From the human T2T-CHM13v2.0 reference genome, Homo sapiens, in the NCBI RefSeq assembly GCF_009914755.1, contig NC_060938.1: 64,000 nucleotides of DNA; one strand, written 5' to 3'. Below, one piece after another: positions 1 to 16,064 of the stretch. The notes under the pieces were generated by a model that was given only the letters and a program-made list of their open reading frames with translations, made no database searches and was not told the DNA's origin. The stretch's first letter is position 1. The number at the start of each line of letters is the position of its first letter. The translations under genes and the position numbers were made by a program.

Positions 1-2890
1 TCCTGTTCAATTGGTCTATGTGTCTGTTTTTATGCCAGTACTATGCTGTTTTGCTTACTATTGCATTTTAGTATAATTTGAAGTCAGATAATGTGATGCG
101 TTCAGATTTGTTCTTTTGCTCAGGACTGCTTTGATTATTCAGGGTTTCTTTTTTGTGTTTCCATATAAATTTTAGGTTATTTTTCTATATCTGTGAAGAA
201 TGTTGGTATTTTGATAGGGATTGCATTGACTCTGTACATTGCTTTGGATAGTATGGACATTTTAACAATATTGATTCTTGCAAGCCATGAATATGGATAT
301 CTTTCTTTTTTTGGTGTTCTCTTCAATTTATTTCATCAATGTTCTATAGTTTTCTTGTGAGCTTTCACTTCTTTGGATAAGTTTATTCCTAGGTATTTAT
401 TTTGTTTCTATCTATTATAAATGGAATTACTTTATTGGTTTCTTTTTCAAATTGTTTGCTGTTGGTATATAGACATGCTACTGATTTTTGTATGTTGATA
501 TTCTATCCTGTAGCTTTAATGAATTTATTCATCAGTTCTAATAAGTTTTTGGTGGAGTCCTTGGTTTTTTTATATATAAAATTATTTCATCTGCAAAGAG
601 TAACAATTTGACTTCCTTATTTCCCATTTGGACATCTTTTATATTTTTCTTTATCCTGATTGCTGTGGCTAGAATTTCCAGTACTATGTTGAAGAAAAAT
701 AGTGAAAATTGGCATCCTTGTCTTGTTCCAGTTCTTAGAGGAAAGGCTTTCAGCTTTTTCCCATTCAGTATATTAGCTGTGGGTTTGTGATATATGGTCT
801 CTATTATGTTGAGATATGTTCCTGCTATGTCTAATATGTTGAGGGTTTTTATCATGAATGGATATGGAATTTTATCAAACACTTTTTCTGCATCTATTGA
901 GGTGGATACTTTTTTTGTCCTTTATTTTATTGATGTGATGTATCATTTATTGATTTGTGTATGTTGAGTTAGTCTTGTATACATAGGATAAATCTCCCCT
1001 TGATCATGGTATATTATTGTTGAGTGACTTTTGCATATATGTTTGTCAGGGATATTGGCCTGTAGGTTTTTTGTTTGTTTGTTTATTTTTGGTCGTGTCT
1101 TTGGTTTTGGTATCAGGGTCATGCTGGCCTCTTAGAATGAGTAAGAAAAAATTTCTTTTAATTTTTGGAAGAGTTTCAAAAGAATTGGTGTTAGTTTTTC
1201 TTTAAAAGCTTGGTAGAATTCAGCAGTAAAGCCATCTGGTCTTTTGATTTTGTTTGTTGGGAGAATTTGTATTATAATACTACTTTGTTACTCATTATTG
1301 TTCTGTTCAGGTTTTCAATTTCTTCCTAATTCAATTTTGATAGATTGTGTATGTCCAGGGATTTACCTATTTCCTCTAGCTTTTCCAATTTGTTAATGTA
1401 TAACTGTTCATAATAGTCTCCAATGATCTTTTGTATTTCTGCAGTATCGGTTGTAATTTCTCCGTTTTCATTTCGGACTTTTTAAAATTGGGTTTTATTT
1501 TAGCTAGTGGAGTATCAATTTGTTTATTTTTTCAAAAAATCAACTTTTCATTTTATTGAGGCTTTGTATTTTTTAGACTATTTTGTTTAGTTCTGCTCTC
1601 ATCTTTATTATTTCATTTCTACTTTTTGAGGTTGTTTTATTCTTTGCTTTGTAGTTTCTTGAGGTGTATCATTTTGTTGTTTGTTTGAAATTATTCTACT
1701 GTTTTTCACATAGGTGTTTTTTGCTATACACTTCCTTTTATAATTGCTTTTGATGTATCCCATAGATTTTGGTATGTTGTATTTCCACTTTCATTTCTTT
1801 TAAGAAACTTTATTTCTTTCTTAATTTCTTCATTGTCCTTATGGTTATTCAGGAGACTATTATTTAATTTTCCAAACAATGTATGTTTAAAGGGTCCAAA
1901 ATTCCTCTTGTTATTGATTTTTAGTTTTATCCCATTGTGTTCTGAGAAGATAATTGATATGATTTTAATTTTTAAAAATTTTTCAAGACTTGTATTTTTG
2001 GCCTAACATATGGTCTATTATAGAGAATGTTGCATGTTCTCATGAGAGGAATGTGTGTTCTTTAGCTGTAGGATGAAATGTTCTTTAAATGTTACGTGCA
2101 TTTGTTTAAAGCTCATTTAAATCCAATGTTTCCTCATTGATTCTCTCTCTAGATGATCTGTCTAATGCTGAGAGTGAAGTGCGAAAGTCCCCAAAATTAT
2201 TCTATCTCAGTCTATTTCTCCCTTTTGATCTAAGAATATTTGCTTGATATATCAGAGTGCTGTGGCATTGTGTGCATATATATTTAGAATTGTTATATCC
2301 TTTTGCTAATTGATCCTGTATATGTCATTTTTTTTTTTACAGTTTTTGACTTAGTCTCTTTTTTTTCTGATGCAAGTGTAGCCACTCCTGCTCATTTTTG
2401 GTTTCCATTTCCGTGAAATATCTTTTTCCATGCCTTCACTTTTAGTCTATATGTGACTTTACAGATAAAATGAGTTTCTTGTGGCAGCATATAGTTGGGT
2501 CATGTTTTCTTATTATTCAGCCAGTCTATATCTTTTAAGTGGGGGAGTTTAATCCATTTGCACTAAAGGCTATTACTGATGGGTGAAGAAATTCCTGTCA
2601 TTTTGCTAACTGTGATCTGGTTGTTTCATATATCCTTTGTTCATTTCTTCCTCTCTCATTGTTATCTTTGTAGCTTGATGGTTTTCTGTAGTGGTAATGT
2701 TTGACTCCTTTCTCATTCTCATTTTTGTATCTAGTGTAACAGTGGGATTTTATTTTTTGTGTTTTTTAAATGATGATAGATATCATTCTTTTGTTTTCAG
2801 ATGTAAGACTCCCTTAAGCATATCTTGTAAAGCCAGTCCAGTGGTGATAAATTCCTTCAGTTTTTTATTTTCTAGGAAAGTATTTCATTA
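1..2890 (-). mobile_element. Old L1M-type LINE-1 fragment (ORF2 RT/endonuclease region to ORF1 3' end), running off the left window edge
   Basis: Minus ORF 538-882 gives L1 ORF2 RT motifs ([12 protein letters not shown]...LFADEIILY). Continuous antisense L1-like sequence runs to about 2890. Confidence 0.9.
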
Positions 2891-5800
2891 AACTTTTTTT
2901 GCATAAAATGAAATTGTCATTGTTTATAATCTCAGATCCAAAATTGATCATCCAGCCTTATTGTCTTCCATTCATTTATATTAATGATCATAAACTAACA
3001 TGCTAGAAGTTTTATTTATTGTACACATTACCAGGAAATGATGCTGTTTGTGTGTCAGTATACTCTTAAATTTAAAGACCTCCAAACTAAAAAAAATTAT
3101 AGTTTTGTATAATTTTGATATACGTATTTTGTGTCTTTTATCCCTAAATGAGTGTTTGCTCTAATAATATTAGATAACAAATTTATTAAATTTTATTTTG
3201 TCTTCTTTTACTCTAATAATATTAGTATGTTTATTAAATTTATTTAGTCTTTTTTTCTAGCCCTTGTTATGATGCTCAAACAATGTTTCCTTTTTATTAC
3301 TCTATTTACCAGTTAGATTAGATTTTAAAATATTTAGATTAAATGTGAAATAAGAACCTTACTTGTAATTTCCATTTTTCTTTCTTTGGTTCACTGAAGA
3401 AATTCTTTCATTATTAAGATGCCACTTCAGCATCATGTTGAAATAGAACATTTTTTATGAATAGTTAATTATAGTTGTTAAGTTTGATAATATCTTTAGA
3501 AAAAGATGCCTCTGGCCAAATGTTCAGTGTTGGAAATGAGTATTACTGATGCAAATAACAAATTACACTCAGACTGTCTCCATTAGGGAGGGATGAACAA
3601 GAGTCTCTTGTACATAGATATAACTTGAATTTATGTGAAAATTAATTTTATAACTAATGTACTTGCCTACACTAAGAAATAGACTTGTCAGTCTATAATA
3701 TCCATCGTGGGTGAGGTCAATTGAATGTCTTTTGGAAAAAAGTATAAAAAATAACAGTCCCCTTGCTTGGATGAAATGATCTCCTCTTTGACAAAAATAA
3801 AATCAAAGTTTCTCTGCAAGACAAGATAAGCCAAGCCAACCTTCTACAATAATCTTGCCTAAAGAACAGAAACAACTCATTATGACTGACTTTAGGTTTG
3901 TTTCTAAGAAAGGAGAAGTGCTCTGGTTTAGTGCAGTTACTAAAGTATAAACTCAAAGCTATTTGTGGCCTCTTTCTTTGTTCCTATCCTAAAGTTGGAG
4001 TGCTTAAAATTTGTAAGGATGACTTAAATTTTAAAATTAAGCGTATGTAGAAATGCTTAAAGATCTAGGCAAATATCCAGTTCGGAGACTGGAATAACAT
4101 TTTTGTTGGCAGTATTTTCATTCTATTAACACTCTTGGGTGGTTTAATTCCCTAGAGGCTGTCTTAATGATGTGTTTATGGAAAGATTGCCAGTCCTATA
4201 ATCTCGGCTTTATAGTGCAACTGATAATGATGGAAAATAACACAGAAGAAATAGCCCTGTTCTATGTGGCTAAGCTCTGGTAGACACATAATTTTTAAGT
4301 TCCAGGAAATATGAATAATTATTAATTACTATTGCAGATATAGAATGTAGGTATATATATAGCTGTGCATTTTTGAAAGAGCACAATGAAAAAAAATTGA
4401 AGATATATTAGTTTCTCCTGATTAATTTGAACTCAAAGGTAATGCTTTCTTTCTGTATCAGCATTCCACTGAAATTGTTGAGTGGAAGTGCACAAGACCA
4501 GCATATGTAACATTTTCCTACTCAGTTGAGAAAATCATGACGTAGTGAGTCAAACAGACCTTTTCTTCTAATTTGTATCCTTTGACTTTTGTCAAATTCT
4601 TATTCCTAACAATTTCCAGGGCCTGTGGGATAAAGTCAAATTTAATATTTCTATTTGATACAGATGCTTTTAACAAGAATGTTAATTTCTGATGGAAAGA
4701 ATCTACTGTATGTATACTTCAGTTCAAATATATAGTTGAGTTTTAAGACAAAGATTCTACAAACTTTTGTTTGGACTTAAAAATCTCCATCAGATGGAGC
4801 CAATGAGTTACCAACTGGTATAAACATTTCATAAAATGAATTTTCATTACACTTGTAAATAAGAATGATTTGAAGAATTTATCCAATTAGCACATTCACA
4901 CAATAGCTATTTTTCTCTACTTTTAATTTGGGGAATACTTTTTTATGAATGGAAAATATGATAAAGAAGTAATGAGGTTATTATGAATTCTTCCATTGTC
5001 AATGTCATTGTTTGCTAAAAGAATTTAAGCTGAATTTTTTATCATTTGTTTTCTGATTGATTCCACTCTGAAAGCCCACTCTAGATTTTAAAGATTGTAT
5101 TTTATTTTTAATTTCTCATAGTGCCTAGCATAGTGCATTGAATATAGGATAACTATTATTGGGGTGAATTAATATGACAGTCATGTTCATCTAAAACTTC
5201 TCTTGCACTTTTGATAAGGGAAATATTTAGAGGAGAACAATGGGCTCAACTTGGATCATCATACCTGGCTATTCTACAAAATTTCCAAGACTTTGATGCA
5301 GATTCTTATTTGAAGTTACAAGTTGAAGATACTCCATCCTATATTACATGTTGGGTACAATATGGGAGATCACCTAGTATTTGACGTATTATTGTGTTTT
5401 GGATATATAACTGCATTCATGCTTCTGGCATATTAGGATAGGGACAAGTCCTGAGAGTAGTCTGATAACATATTAAACCACTAAAAGCCTATTTTTGTTG
5501 TTTGTTGACTTGGAAATTGCAGTTAAAATGACTTACATGCAGTTGGATAATTATCCTGTTAGTATTCTGTTTACTTGCATGTGTGTGGCATAGATCTCTT
5601 ACATATTATAACAAATTTCAATGTGGAATGTGAGAAGACCAAGCAGTAGTACTTTAAACAAAGATAGGATTCAGTGTCTGGGCACTTACTATATTCAGTG
5701 TGGCAAATACCATCTTTTCTTTATCCTATCTGAATTTGACATATCTTCCAGGTCACTGTAAGGAGTGTTTTCATGGTACTTTTTCTTTTTGTTTTTTCTC

Positions 5801-7353
5801 AGTAGTTTAGGAAGTTTGGCTTAAAAAATAATAAACAGGCAAATCATTTAACTAATTAAATTATGGGGAAAGAGACTTTTTCAATTTTAACTCCAATGAT
5901 TGCTAAATCAATAACAAAGCACAGAAATTAGAGAATAGAGTTGTTTAGATTAATGAAACCACTTCTTCTTGAATAGGAAGAGTCCTATAAATATGGCAAT
6001 TGGTGTTTAAGATTTTTGTTTTTAGTTTTGAAATGTAACTTTTAAATGTACATTTTCCTTCTTTATCTTAATGCAATCACTTTGCTGGGGAGATTGAAAA
6101 TTGTAATAAACCCAAAAAGAGTTTTGTAAAGAAAAATTTGTCCCAGAAAATAGTCAGCCAGTTGAATTCTGTTCCATTAGCACAGAATTATTACAATGGG
6201 AAGAACAAGGTTATATGTGTTTTGTGTTTCATATAAAAATACTTTGTTTCTTCAAGCATCATGGATCTCAATGGGATTTGGTTTTTGCATATAGGCAGAT
6301 AAACCATAATGCCCGCTGTACACAGCTTGCTCAGGCTTCCTCAAGCCTTACAGCCAGCAATAAATGCCTTGTGGTCAGATATAAATGCAGTCCATGAATT
6401 AAAAAATAAAACCTCTTAATGGCACAAGCTTACAGATGGTGTTCAAATTTCATTCAGTCTCTGGTATCTGAAAGTCTCTTATGACTTTCCTATTTCCTTT
6501 TGCTTCAGGACATTGAAGTGAGTGACTCAGAGACAAGATATGCATATTTATATGTGTTTTATAAGAACAACTAACCTTGAAAAAATGCAGAATAACTTGG
6601 AGAGGGCTGAATTATGCTTACTTTTCAAATTCCTAATAGTCTTTTATTTTCAGAGCTGTGATTTAAAGTCCTTGTGAGTGAAGAGCTTTTGAAAGAGGCA
6701 TTTATTAACGTACTCAATATATTTATTTATGACCAAATATATTTTAAAAACAGCATGTGTCCTAGATTTGGAAAATGTTATTAGGCCTTTTTTTTTTAGT
6801 GTCATTTTACTTGCTTTGGAAGACTTATATTCTCAGAAAGTATTTTAATTTTGACTGGAGAAAAAGACAGAAAAAGGAAATATACTGAAGTATTTTTAGT
6901 ATACAGTTGTTTATTCAGAATGACCTTTACCAGACATCTCAGATAGTATATCTGTAAATCATACATGCAGTGATAATTGATGTTTATAATGATAAGTTTT
7001 AGTTATTGCTACATATTGAAGAGCCTCTGAATCATTAAAGAGACATTATGATTAGATTATTTTTAGTGTTAAGTGTTTAACATTTTATCTCCTTTCAGGG
7101 TACAATGCTTTATTCATAGAGATGACTTTCAATTGTCTTTTGCCTGGGAAAGCTGGGCAAGGCTGTTTAAACATCCTTTATGTTAGAACATACCATAGTG
7201 GATTAAAAGGGACCTTTTTTTCTCTCTCTAATGGCTTTGTCTGTATTAAAATATTTTAGAAATGGCTGTGGATAGTAGCTAAGTCCATTCTGATCATGTC
7301 TGGTTTTAAGAGGCCTAGTCTTTGGATCAATTTGGGCTATCCTTTGCATTGGT

Positions 7354-7769
7354 TGTCTTACTCTTTTTTGTGTTGTTATAAAGGAATACCTGAGGCTGGG
7401 TAATTTATAAAGAAAAAAAGGTTTATTTGGCTCATGATTCTGCTGACTGGAAAGTTCGAGATGGGGTATACAGTGAGAGCCTCAGACTGCTTTTACTTAA
7501 GGTGGAAGGCAAAGGGGAGCTGGGTGTGCAGAGATCACATAGTGAGAGAGGAGGCGAGAGACAGTAGGCAGGTGCCAGGCTTTTTTTTAACAACCAGCCC
7601 TTGCAGGAATTAAAACAGTGAAAATTCACTCATCCCCAACCTAGGAAGGGCATTAATCTATTCATAAGGGACATGCTTCCATGACCCAAATACCTCTTAT
7701 TAATCCCCACCTCCAACATTGGGGATCAATATGAGATTTGGTGGAGACAACTATATCCAAACTACAGCA
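7354..7769 (-). mobile_element. MST-type (MSTB-like) MaLR solo LTR
   Basis: TG...CA ends. Contains gaatacctgaggctgggtaatttataaagaaaa and ccccacctccaacattggggatcaa, typical of MST. The 5-bp flanks are degenerate (ttggt/ctagt). Confidence 0.85.
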
Positions 7770-8669
7770 CTAGTCTTCTCATGTGTCTGTGTCTTGACCC
7801 TTTCTGCAATTCATTCTTCACAATTTTGGAAAGGTAATGATGCTAAAATATACTTTCATTTGTGCCACACTTACGATCCTGCCATTTACTCCTTTGTCTA
7901 TCCATTCTCCCTTTTTAATTTCTTTTCTGGTTGGCATCTGAAGTTTGAGATAGTGGTCAATGAATGAAAGAAGAGTATCTGGAGGAAAAAACCTGAGATG
8001 GAAAAGTGAAGACAAAACAATTAAAGATAAGTTTTGGTTATTGGACACTCAGGACAAATTATTTACATTTTTGTTAATTTGCATCATGCTACAAATTGGA
8101 GGTATTGTTTTATGGTCCTGGAGATGTTTTTATTACTTAGAGTGATGACCTGGTACTGATTCCTTTGTTAGAAATTATGATTTAGTTTGCTGCCTTGGAA
8201 ACCAATGTGTAACACTTCTGCTAATATTTTCCAGAACACTTTTGTTTTGATGATCCAATTAACATATATCTCCAATATTATTGACATTTTAATTTTTCAT
8301 TATGCACAATTATATATGATATCTAGAAAATATAAGATAGCCTGAGAAATTATCCTCTGGAATTTGGCTGGGAAGGATTATTTCACTCTTAGGCCTCCAT
8401 GTGGCTGTCCCCCAAAGATAGCACAATACATTCTGAAAAGAGATATGAATTAGGCAAGACAAAATTATGAAGTTGGAGAAATTAATCATTCTCACCACCG
8501 TTCACTTCCCTATATGGTGGTTCACTTTCTGTCCTCCTTGTAGAATCTTGTTATCTCAGGCAGTTTTTTGCTTTTCACTTTTACCCCACTGGGGCCTCTC
8601 CTCCCAAAGAAGAAAAGTTAAACATGATTGAATCCTAATATATGTCAACCCTGCTTACATTGTAAACCA

Positions 8670-9545
8670 TGTTTATTGCAAAAATAAAACACAGATACAG
8701 GAATTCATCCAAGTCAAATGTATGGCTTGATGAATTACTATAAGGTAAACATCACCCATGCCAAGAATAATAACTTTTCCAGCCACATGAGAAGCCCCTT
8801 TAATTTGCCTCTTCCCAATTATAACTCCCTCCTGCCATTGTTCTAGATTTTACGGTAATGACTTCTTTGTATAGTCCTTTTTCCAGTTTTATTACTCAAA
8901 TATAGACACTCTAGTCTACATTAAAAAATTTTTGACACGTCTTTTAAGTCTTTTAAAAATGTATGTCTTTCTCTTCCATCTCTTTCATTTCTCTATCATG
9001 TCTATTGAAGAACTAGAAAATTTGACAGGTAGAATTTCCCACAGTTGTGGAGTTTGAAGATGCTGTCCTTGTGCAGTTCAACATGTTTCTTTCTCATGGG
9101 TATTTCTTGCACATCCAAACAGCAGTTGATCTGACTTAGGCTTGATCCCTTTGACAGGACCTACATAGTATTTGGAATGATTTAGATACATGATATCTAG
9201 TTTTCTCCCTTTTTGTAACTTTAGCAGCCATTGATATTTAATGGAATTAATTGGCATTTGTAAATGATGTTTTCTAATTGTGGTATTTATTTTTAATTTA
9301 TAAATTAGAATATCTTTTATAAAGAGACATTTCCCTCATCTCCTATTTGGTTACCTAGTAGTGCAGTTCATATGGGAAAAGTTGGACACATGTTTTATTC
9401 TTTTCCTTTATTTACTAGTTTTTAAGATAACCACTTAGTTCTGTACCACTGAAAGGAGATCATTTTTTAAAATATTATTAATTTACAAATGTAAACATAC
9501 TTAATGGATTTCAATTTACTGCAATTTATATCATTGTTGAAGCTC
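8670..9545 (-). mobile_element. Ancient L1MC/L1ME 3'-end remnant
   Basis: Degraded similarity to L1MC 3' UTR, and visibly homologous to 29280-30190 (e.g. cagttcatatgggaaaa vs tagctcatacaggaaaa). Boundaries approximate. Confidence 0.5.
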
Positions 9546-12030
9546 ACCTACTATATGATTAACTTTTATTTAATTTTTATGTGACTGGATAGTTTTGATT
9601 ATCTAGCTAGGGATGTCTTCTTCAGTAACTGAGTTTTATAAAGATTAATTTTATTTTTTTTCTCTTCTATTTCCTCCTGCAGACTGTAGGTGGCTTTATT
9701 CTATTGTTATAACATAAGAAAATGGTCATTGTAAAATAAATCTGAAAATATAAAAAATCATTACAAGAGAAAATAAAAGTAAGTCATATTCTCATTACCC
9801 AACATAATCACTATAACAATTTGGTAAATACCCTTCCAGAATTTTATATATATAGAAATAAATTCTTACTCTTTTGTTTTGTTATTTATTTATTTATTTA
9901 CATTTTTAAGTTATAAAGACAAGTTATACATATTTATAGGTACATGTGATATTTTGATACAAGCATACAATCTGTAATGATCAAATCAGGGTAATTGGAA
10001 TATCCATCCCCTCAAGCATTTAACATTTATTTATGTCAGGAACATTCCAATTCCACTCTGATAGTTATTTTGAAATATACAATACATTATTGTTAACTAT
10101 AGTAGCCCTATTGTGCTACTATGCACTAGATTTTATTCCTTATCACTGCATTTTTGTGCCCATTAACCCTCTGCTCTTCCCCTCAATCTCCCTGTCTCCC
10201 CATTACCCTTCACAGCCTCTGGTAACCATCATTCTACTCTCTGTTGCCATGAGTTCAATTTTTTAGGCTCCCACGTATGAGTTCAATTCATCTTGTTGCA
10301 AGACAAGTAGACAGGACTACTTTCTTTTTCTTAGCTCTGTGATATTTTATTGTGTATTCGTACCACATTTTTTTTTTTATCCATTCACCTGTTGATGGAC
10401 ACCTAGGTTGATTTTATATCTTGGCTATTAGGAATAGTGCTGCAGTGAATGTGGAAGTATAAATGTCTCAGTATACTGGTTTCCTTTCATTTGGAAATAT
10501 ACCCAGTAGTGGGATTGCTCGATTGTATGATAGTTCTATTTTTTATTTCTTGAGGAACCTCCATACTGTTCTTCCTAGTAGCTGTACTGATTTGCAGTCC
10601 CACAAACAATGTACAATGGTTCTTCTTTCCCCACAGCCTCACTAGCATTTGTTATTGCCTGTCTTCTTGATAAAAGTCATTTTAATTGGGGTGAGTTGAT
10701 ATCTCATTCCAGCTTTGTTTTGTATTTCTCTGGTGATTCGTGATGTTGAGCATTTAAAAATTTAATTATTGGGCATTTGTATGTGTTCTTTCAATAAATC
10801 TCTGTTCAGATCTATCACCAATTTTTAAATTGGATTATTTGTTTTTTTTCTTTTGAGTTGTTCATCTTATATATTCTGGATATTAATTCTTCATCAGATG
10901 GGTAGTTTGCAAATACTTTCTCCCATTCTGTGGGTTATCTCTTGACTTTATTGATTATTTCCTTTGCTGTGCAGAAGACTTTTAGCTTGATATGATTCCA
11001 TTTGCCCATTTTTGCCTCGATTGCCTGTGCATTTGAGGTCCTACTCAAGAAATCTTTGCCAAGAACAATGTCCTGAATTGTTTCCTCAATATTTTCTTCT
11101 AGTAGTTTCATAGGTTAAAGTCTTAGATATGTCTTTAATTCATTTTGATTTTAATTTTGTATATGGTGAGAAATGGGTCCAGTGGATATCAAATTTTCCC
11201 AGCACCACCTATTGAAGACTGTCCTTTCCCTATTGTATGTTCTTGGCACTTTTTTGAAGATAAGTTTGCATAGATTTGTATCTGGGTTCTTCATTCTGTT
11301 TCATTGGCCTATGTGTCTGTTTTTATGCCAGTACCATACTGTTTTGGTCATTATAGCTTTGTAGTATAATTTGAAGTCAGATAATGTGATACCTCTAGAT
11401 TTTTTTTTTCTCAGGATTGCTTTAGCTATTCAAAGGTTTTTTTTTGAGTTCCATATAAATTTTAGGATATTATTTTCTTTCTGTAAAGAATGGCACTGGT
11501 ATATTGATAGGAATTGTATTGAATCTGTAGATTGCTTTGAATAGTAGTAATATTTTAACACTATCTATTTTTCCAATCCATAAACATGGATTATCTTTCA
11601 ATTTGTTTGTGAACTCTTCAATGTTTTGCATGAATGTTCTATAGTTTTCATTGTAGAGATCTTTCTCTTCATTGGTTAAGTTTATTCCTAGGTATTTTAA
11701 TTTAATTTTTATCTGTTGTAAATAGGATTACTTTCTTGGTTTCCTTTTCAGATTCTTTCCTGTTGACATATGGAAACACTACTGATTTTTCTATGTTGAT
11801 TTTGTATCTTTCAGCTTTACTAAATTTATCACTTTTAATAGTTTTTTGGTGATTTTTAGTTTTTCTAACTATAAGATTATATTTTCTGCAAACAGGGGTA
11901 ATTTGACTTCTTCATTTCCAATTTAGATGCCCTTTATTTATTTCTTCAGCCTCATTGCTCTGGCTAGAATTTCCCATACTATGTTGAATAAAAGTGGTGA
12001 AAGAGGAAATCCTTGTCTTGTTCTAGATCA

Positions 12031-12528
<498 letters not shown>

Positions 12529-13628
12529 TTATTTTATTTTTTTGGAATAGTTTGAGTAAGATTGGTATTCATTTTTTAAATGTTTGATAGATTTCAGCAA
12601 TATAGTCTTCAGGTTCTGGGTTTTCTTTGCTAGGAGACTTTTTATTACTGCCTCTATTTCATTACTTTTTATTGGTTTATTCAGGTTTTGGTTTTCTTCA
12701 TGGTTTAATCTTCATGGCTGTATGTGTCTAGGAATTTATCTATTTCTTCTAGGGTTTCCAATTTATTGGCATATAGTTGCTTATAATAATCACTAATCCT
12801 CAGTTGTAATGTCTCCTTTTTCATGTCTGACATATTTATTTGGGTCTTTTCCTTTTTTCTTAACTAGTGTGGCTAATGAACGGTTTTCCAATTTTGTTTA
12901 TCATTTCAAAAAAACACTTCTTTTCATTTTGTATTTTTTTAGCCTCAGTTTTGTTTATTTTAACTCTGATATTATTTATTTTCTGTTATTTTTGGGTTTG
13001 GTTTGCTCTTGCTTTTCTAGTTCTTTAAGATGCATCTTTAGGTTGTTTATTTAAAATGTTTCTACTTTATGATGTAGGCATTTATTGCTATAAACTTGCC
13101 TCTTACTACTAATTTTCCTGCCTGTCATAGATTTTGGTATGCTGTGTTTTCATTTTCCTTTGTTTCAAGAAAATTTTAAATTTTCTTCTTAATGTTTTCA
13201 TTGATCCAGTGGTCGTTCAGGAACATATTATTTAATTTTCATGTGTTTTTATAGTTTCCACTGTCTCGGTTTTTATTGATTTCTGGTTTTACTCCATGTG
13301 GTGAGAAGTTATACTTGATATGATTTCATTTTTTAAAAATGTTTTTGACTTGTTTTTTCGCTTAATATGTGGTCTATTCTTAGGAATGTTCCACGTGCTG
13401 ACCAGAAGTATGTAAATTGTGCAGCTGTTGGATGAAATGTTTATAAATGTCTGTTAGGTCTATTTGGTCTATAGTGAAGATCAGGTCAGATTTTTTTATG
13501 TGGATTTTCCATCTAGATAATTTGTCCAATGCTGAAAGTGGATGTTGAACTTCCCAGCTATTACTGTATTGTGGTCTTTCTCTCTCTTTAGCTGTAATGA
13601 TATTTGTTTTATTAATCTTGGTGTTCCA

Positions 13629-15319
<1,691 letters not shown>

Positions 15320-16064
15320 AATCTTGGTTTTCTAGCATTGGGTGCATATATATTTACAGCTGTTATATCCTTTTGCTGAATGATCTTTTTATCTCTCTAT
15401 AGTAACCTTCTTTATTTCTTTTTACAGGGCTTGTCTAGGGATCTATTTTATGTAAGTATAGCTACTCCTCCTCTTTCTCTTTTTCAGTCCCTTTATTTTA
15501 AGTCTGTGTCTTTTTATAGGTGAAGTGAATTTCTTTGGGGAACATAATGTTGAGCATTATTTTTTATATGCATTCAGCCACTCTATGTCTTTTGATGGAA
15601 ACATTTAGTCCACTTACATTCAGTGTTGTTATTGATAGACAAGAAGATACTACTGCCACTTTGTTGTTTGTTTTCTGGTTGTTTTGTTGGTCCTCTCTTC
15701 TGTCCTTTCTTTCTTCCTGTTTTATTTTGTAAACAATTTTCTCTGGTAGCATGTTTTAATTTCTTGCTTTTTATTGATGGTGCATCTGTTACAGGTTTTT
15801 GTTTTGTGACTATCATAAGGTTTGTAAATAATGTCTTATAACTAAATATTTTTAAACTGATGACAACTTAACTCTGATTACCAAGAAAAGAAAAACAAGC
15901 AAAGAGAAAACTAAAAAATGCTACACATTAACTCTATGTGCCCCACTTTCTGACTTTTTATTGTATCTGTTTATATCTTTTTAAGTTATCTACCTCTTAA
16001 TAAATTTTTGTTGTTATTTTTGATAGATCTGTCCTTTAGTCTTCCTACTAATGATATGAGTGTA

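Noticed and set aside
6640-6680. Possible 20-nt micro-exon (ttttattttcag|...|gtgagt)
   Set aside because: Not frame-preserving, no supporting neighbouring exons, and expected by chance in 64 kb.
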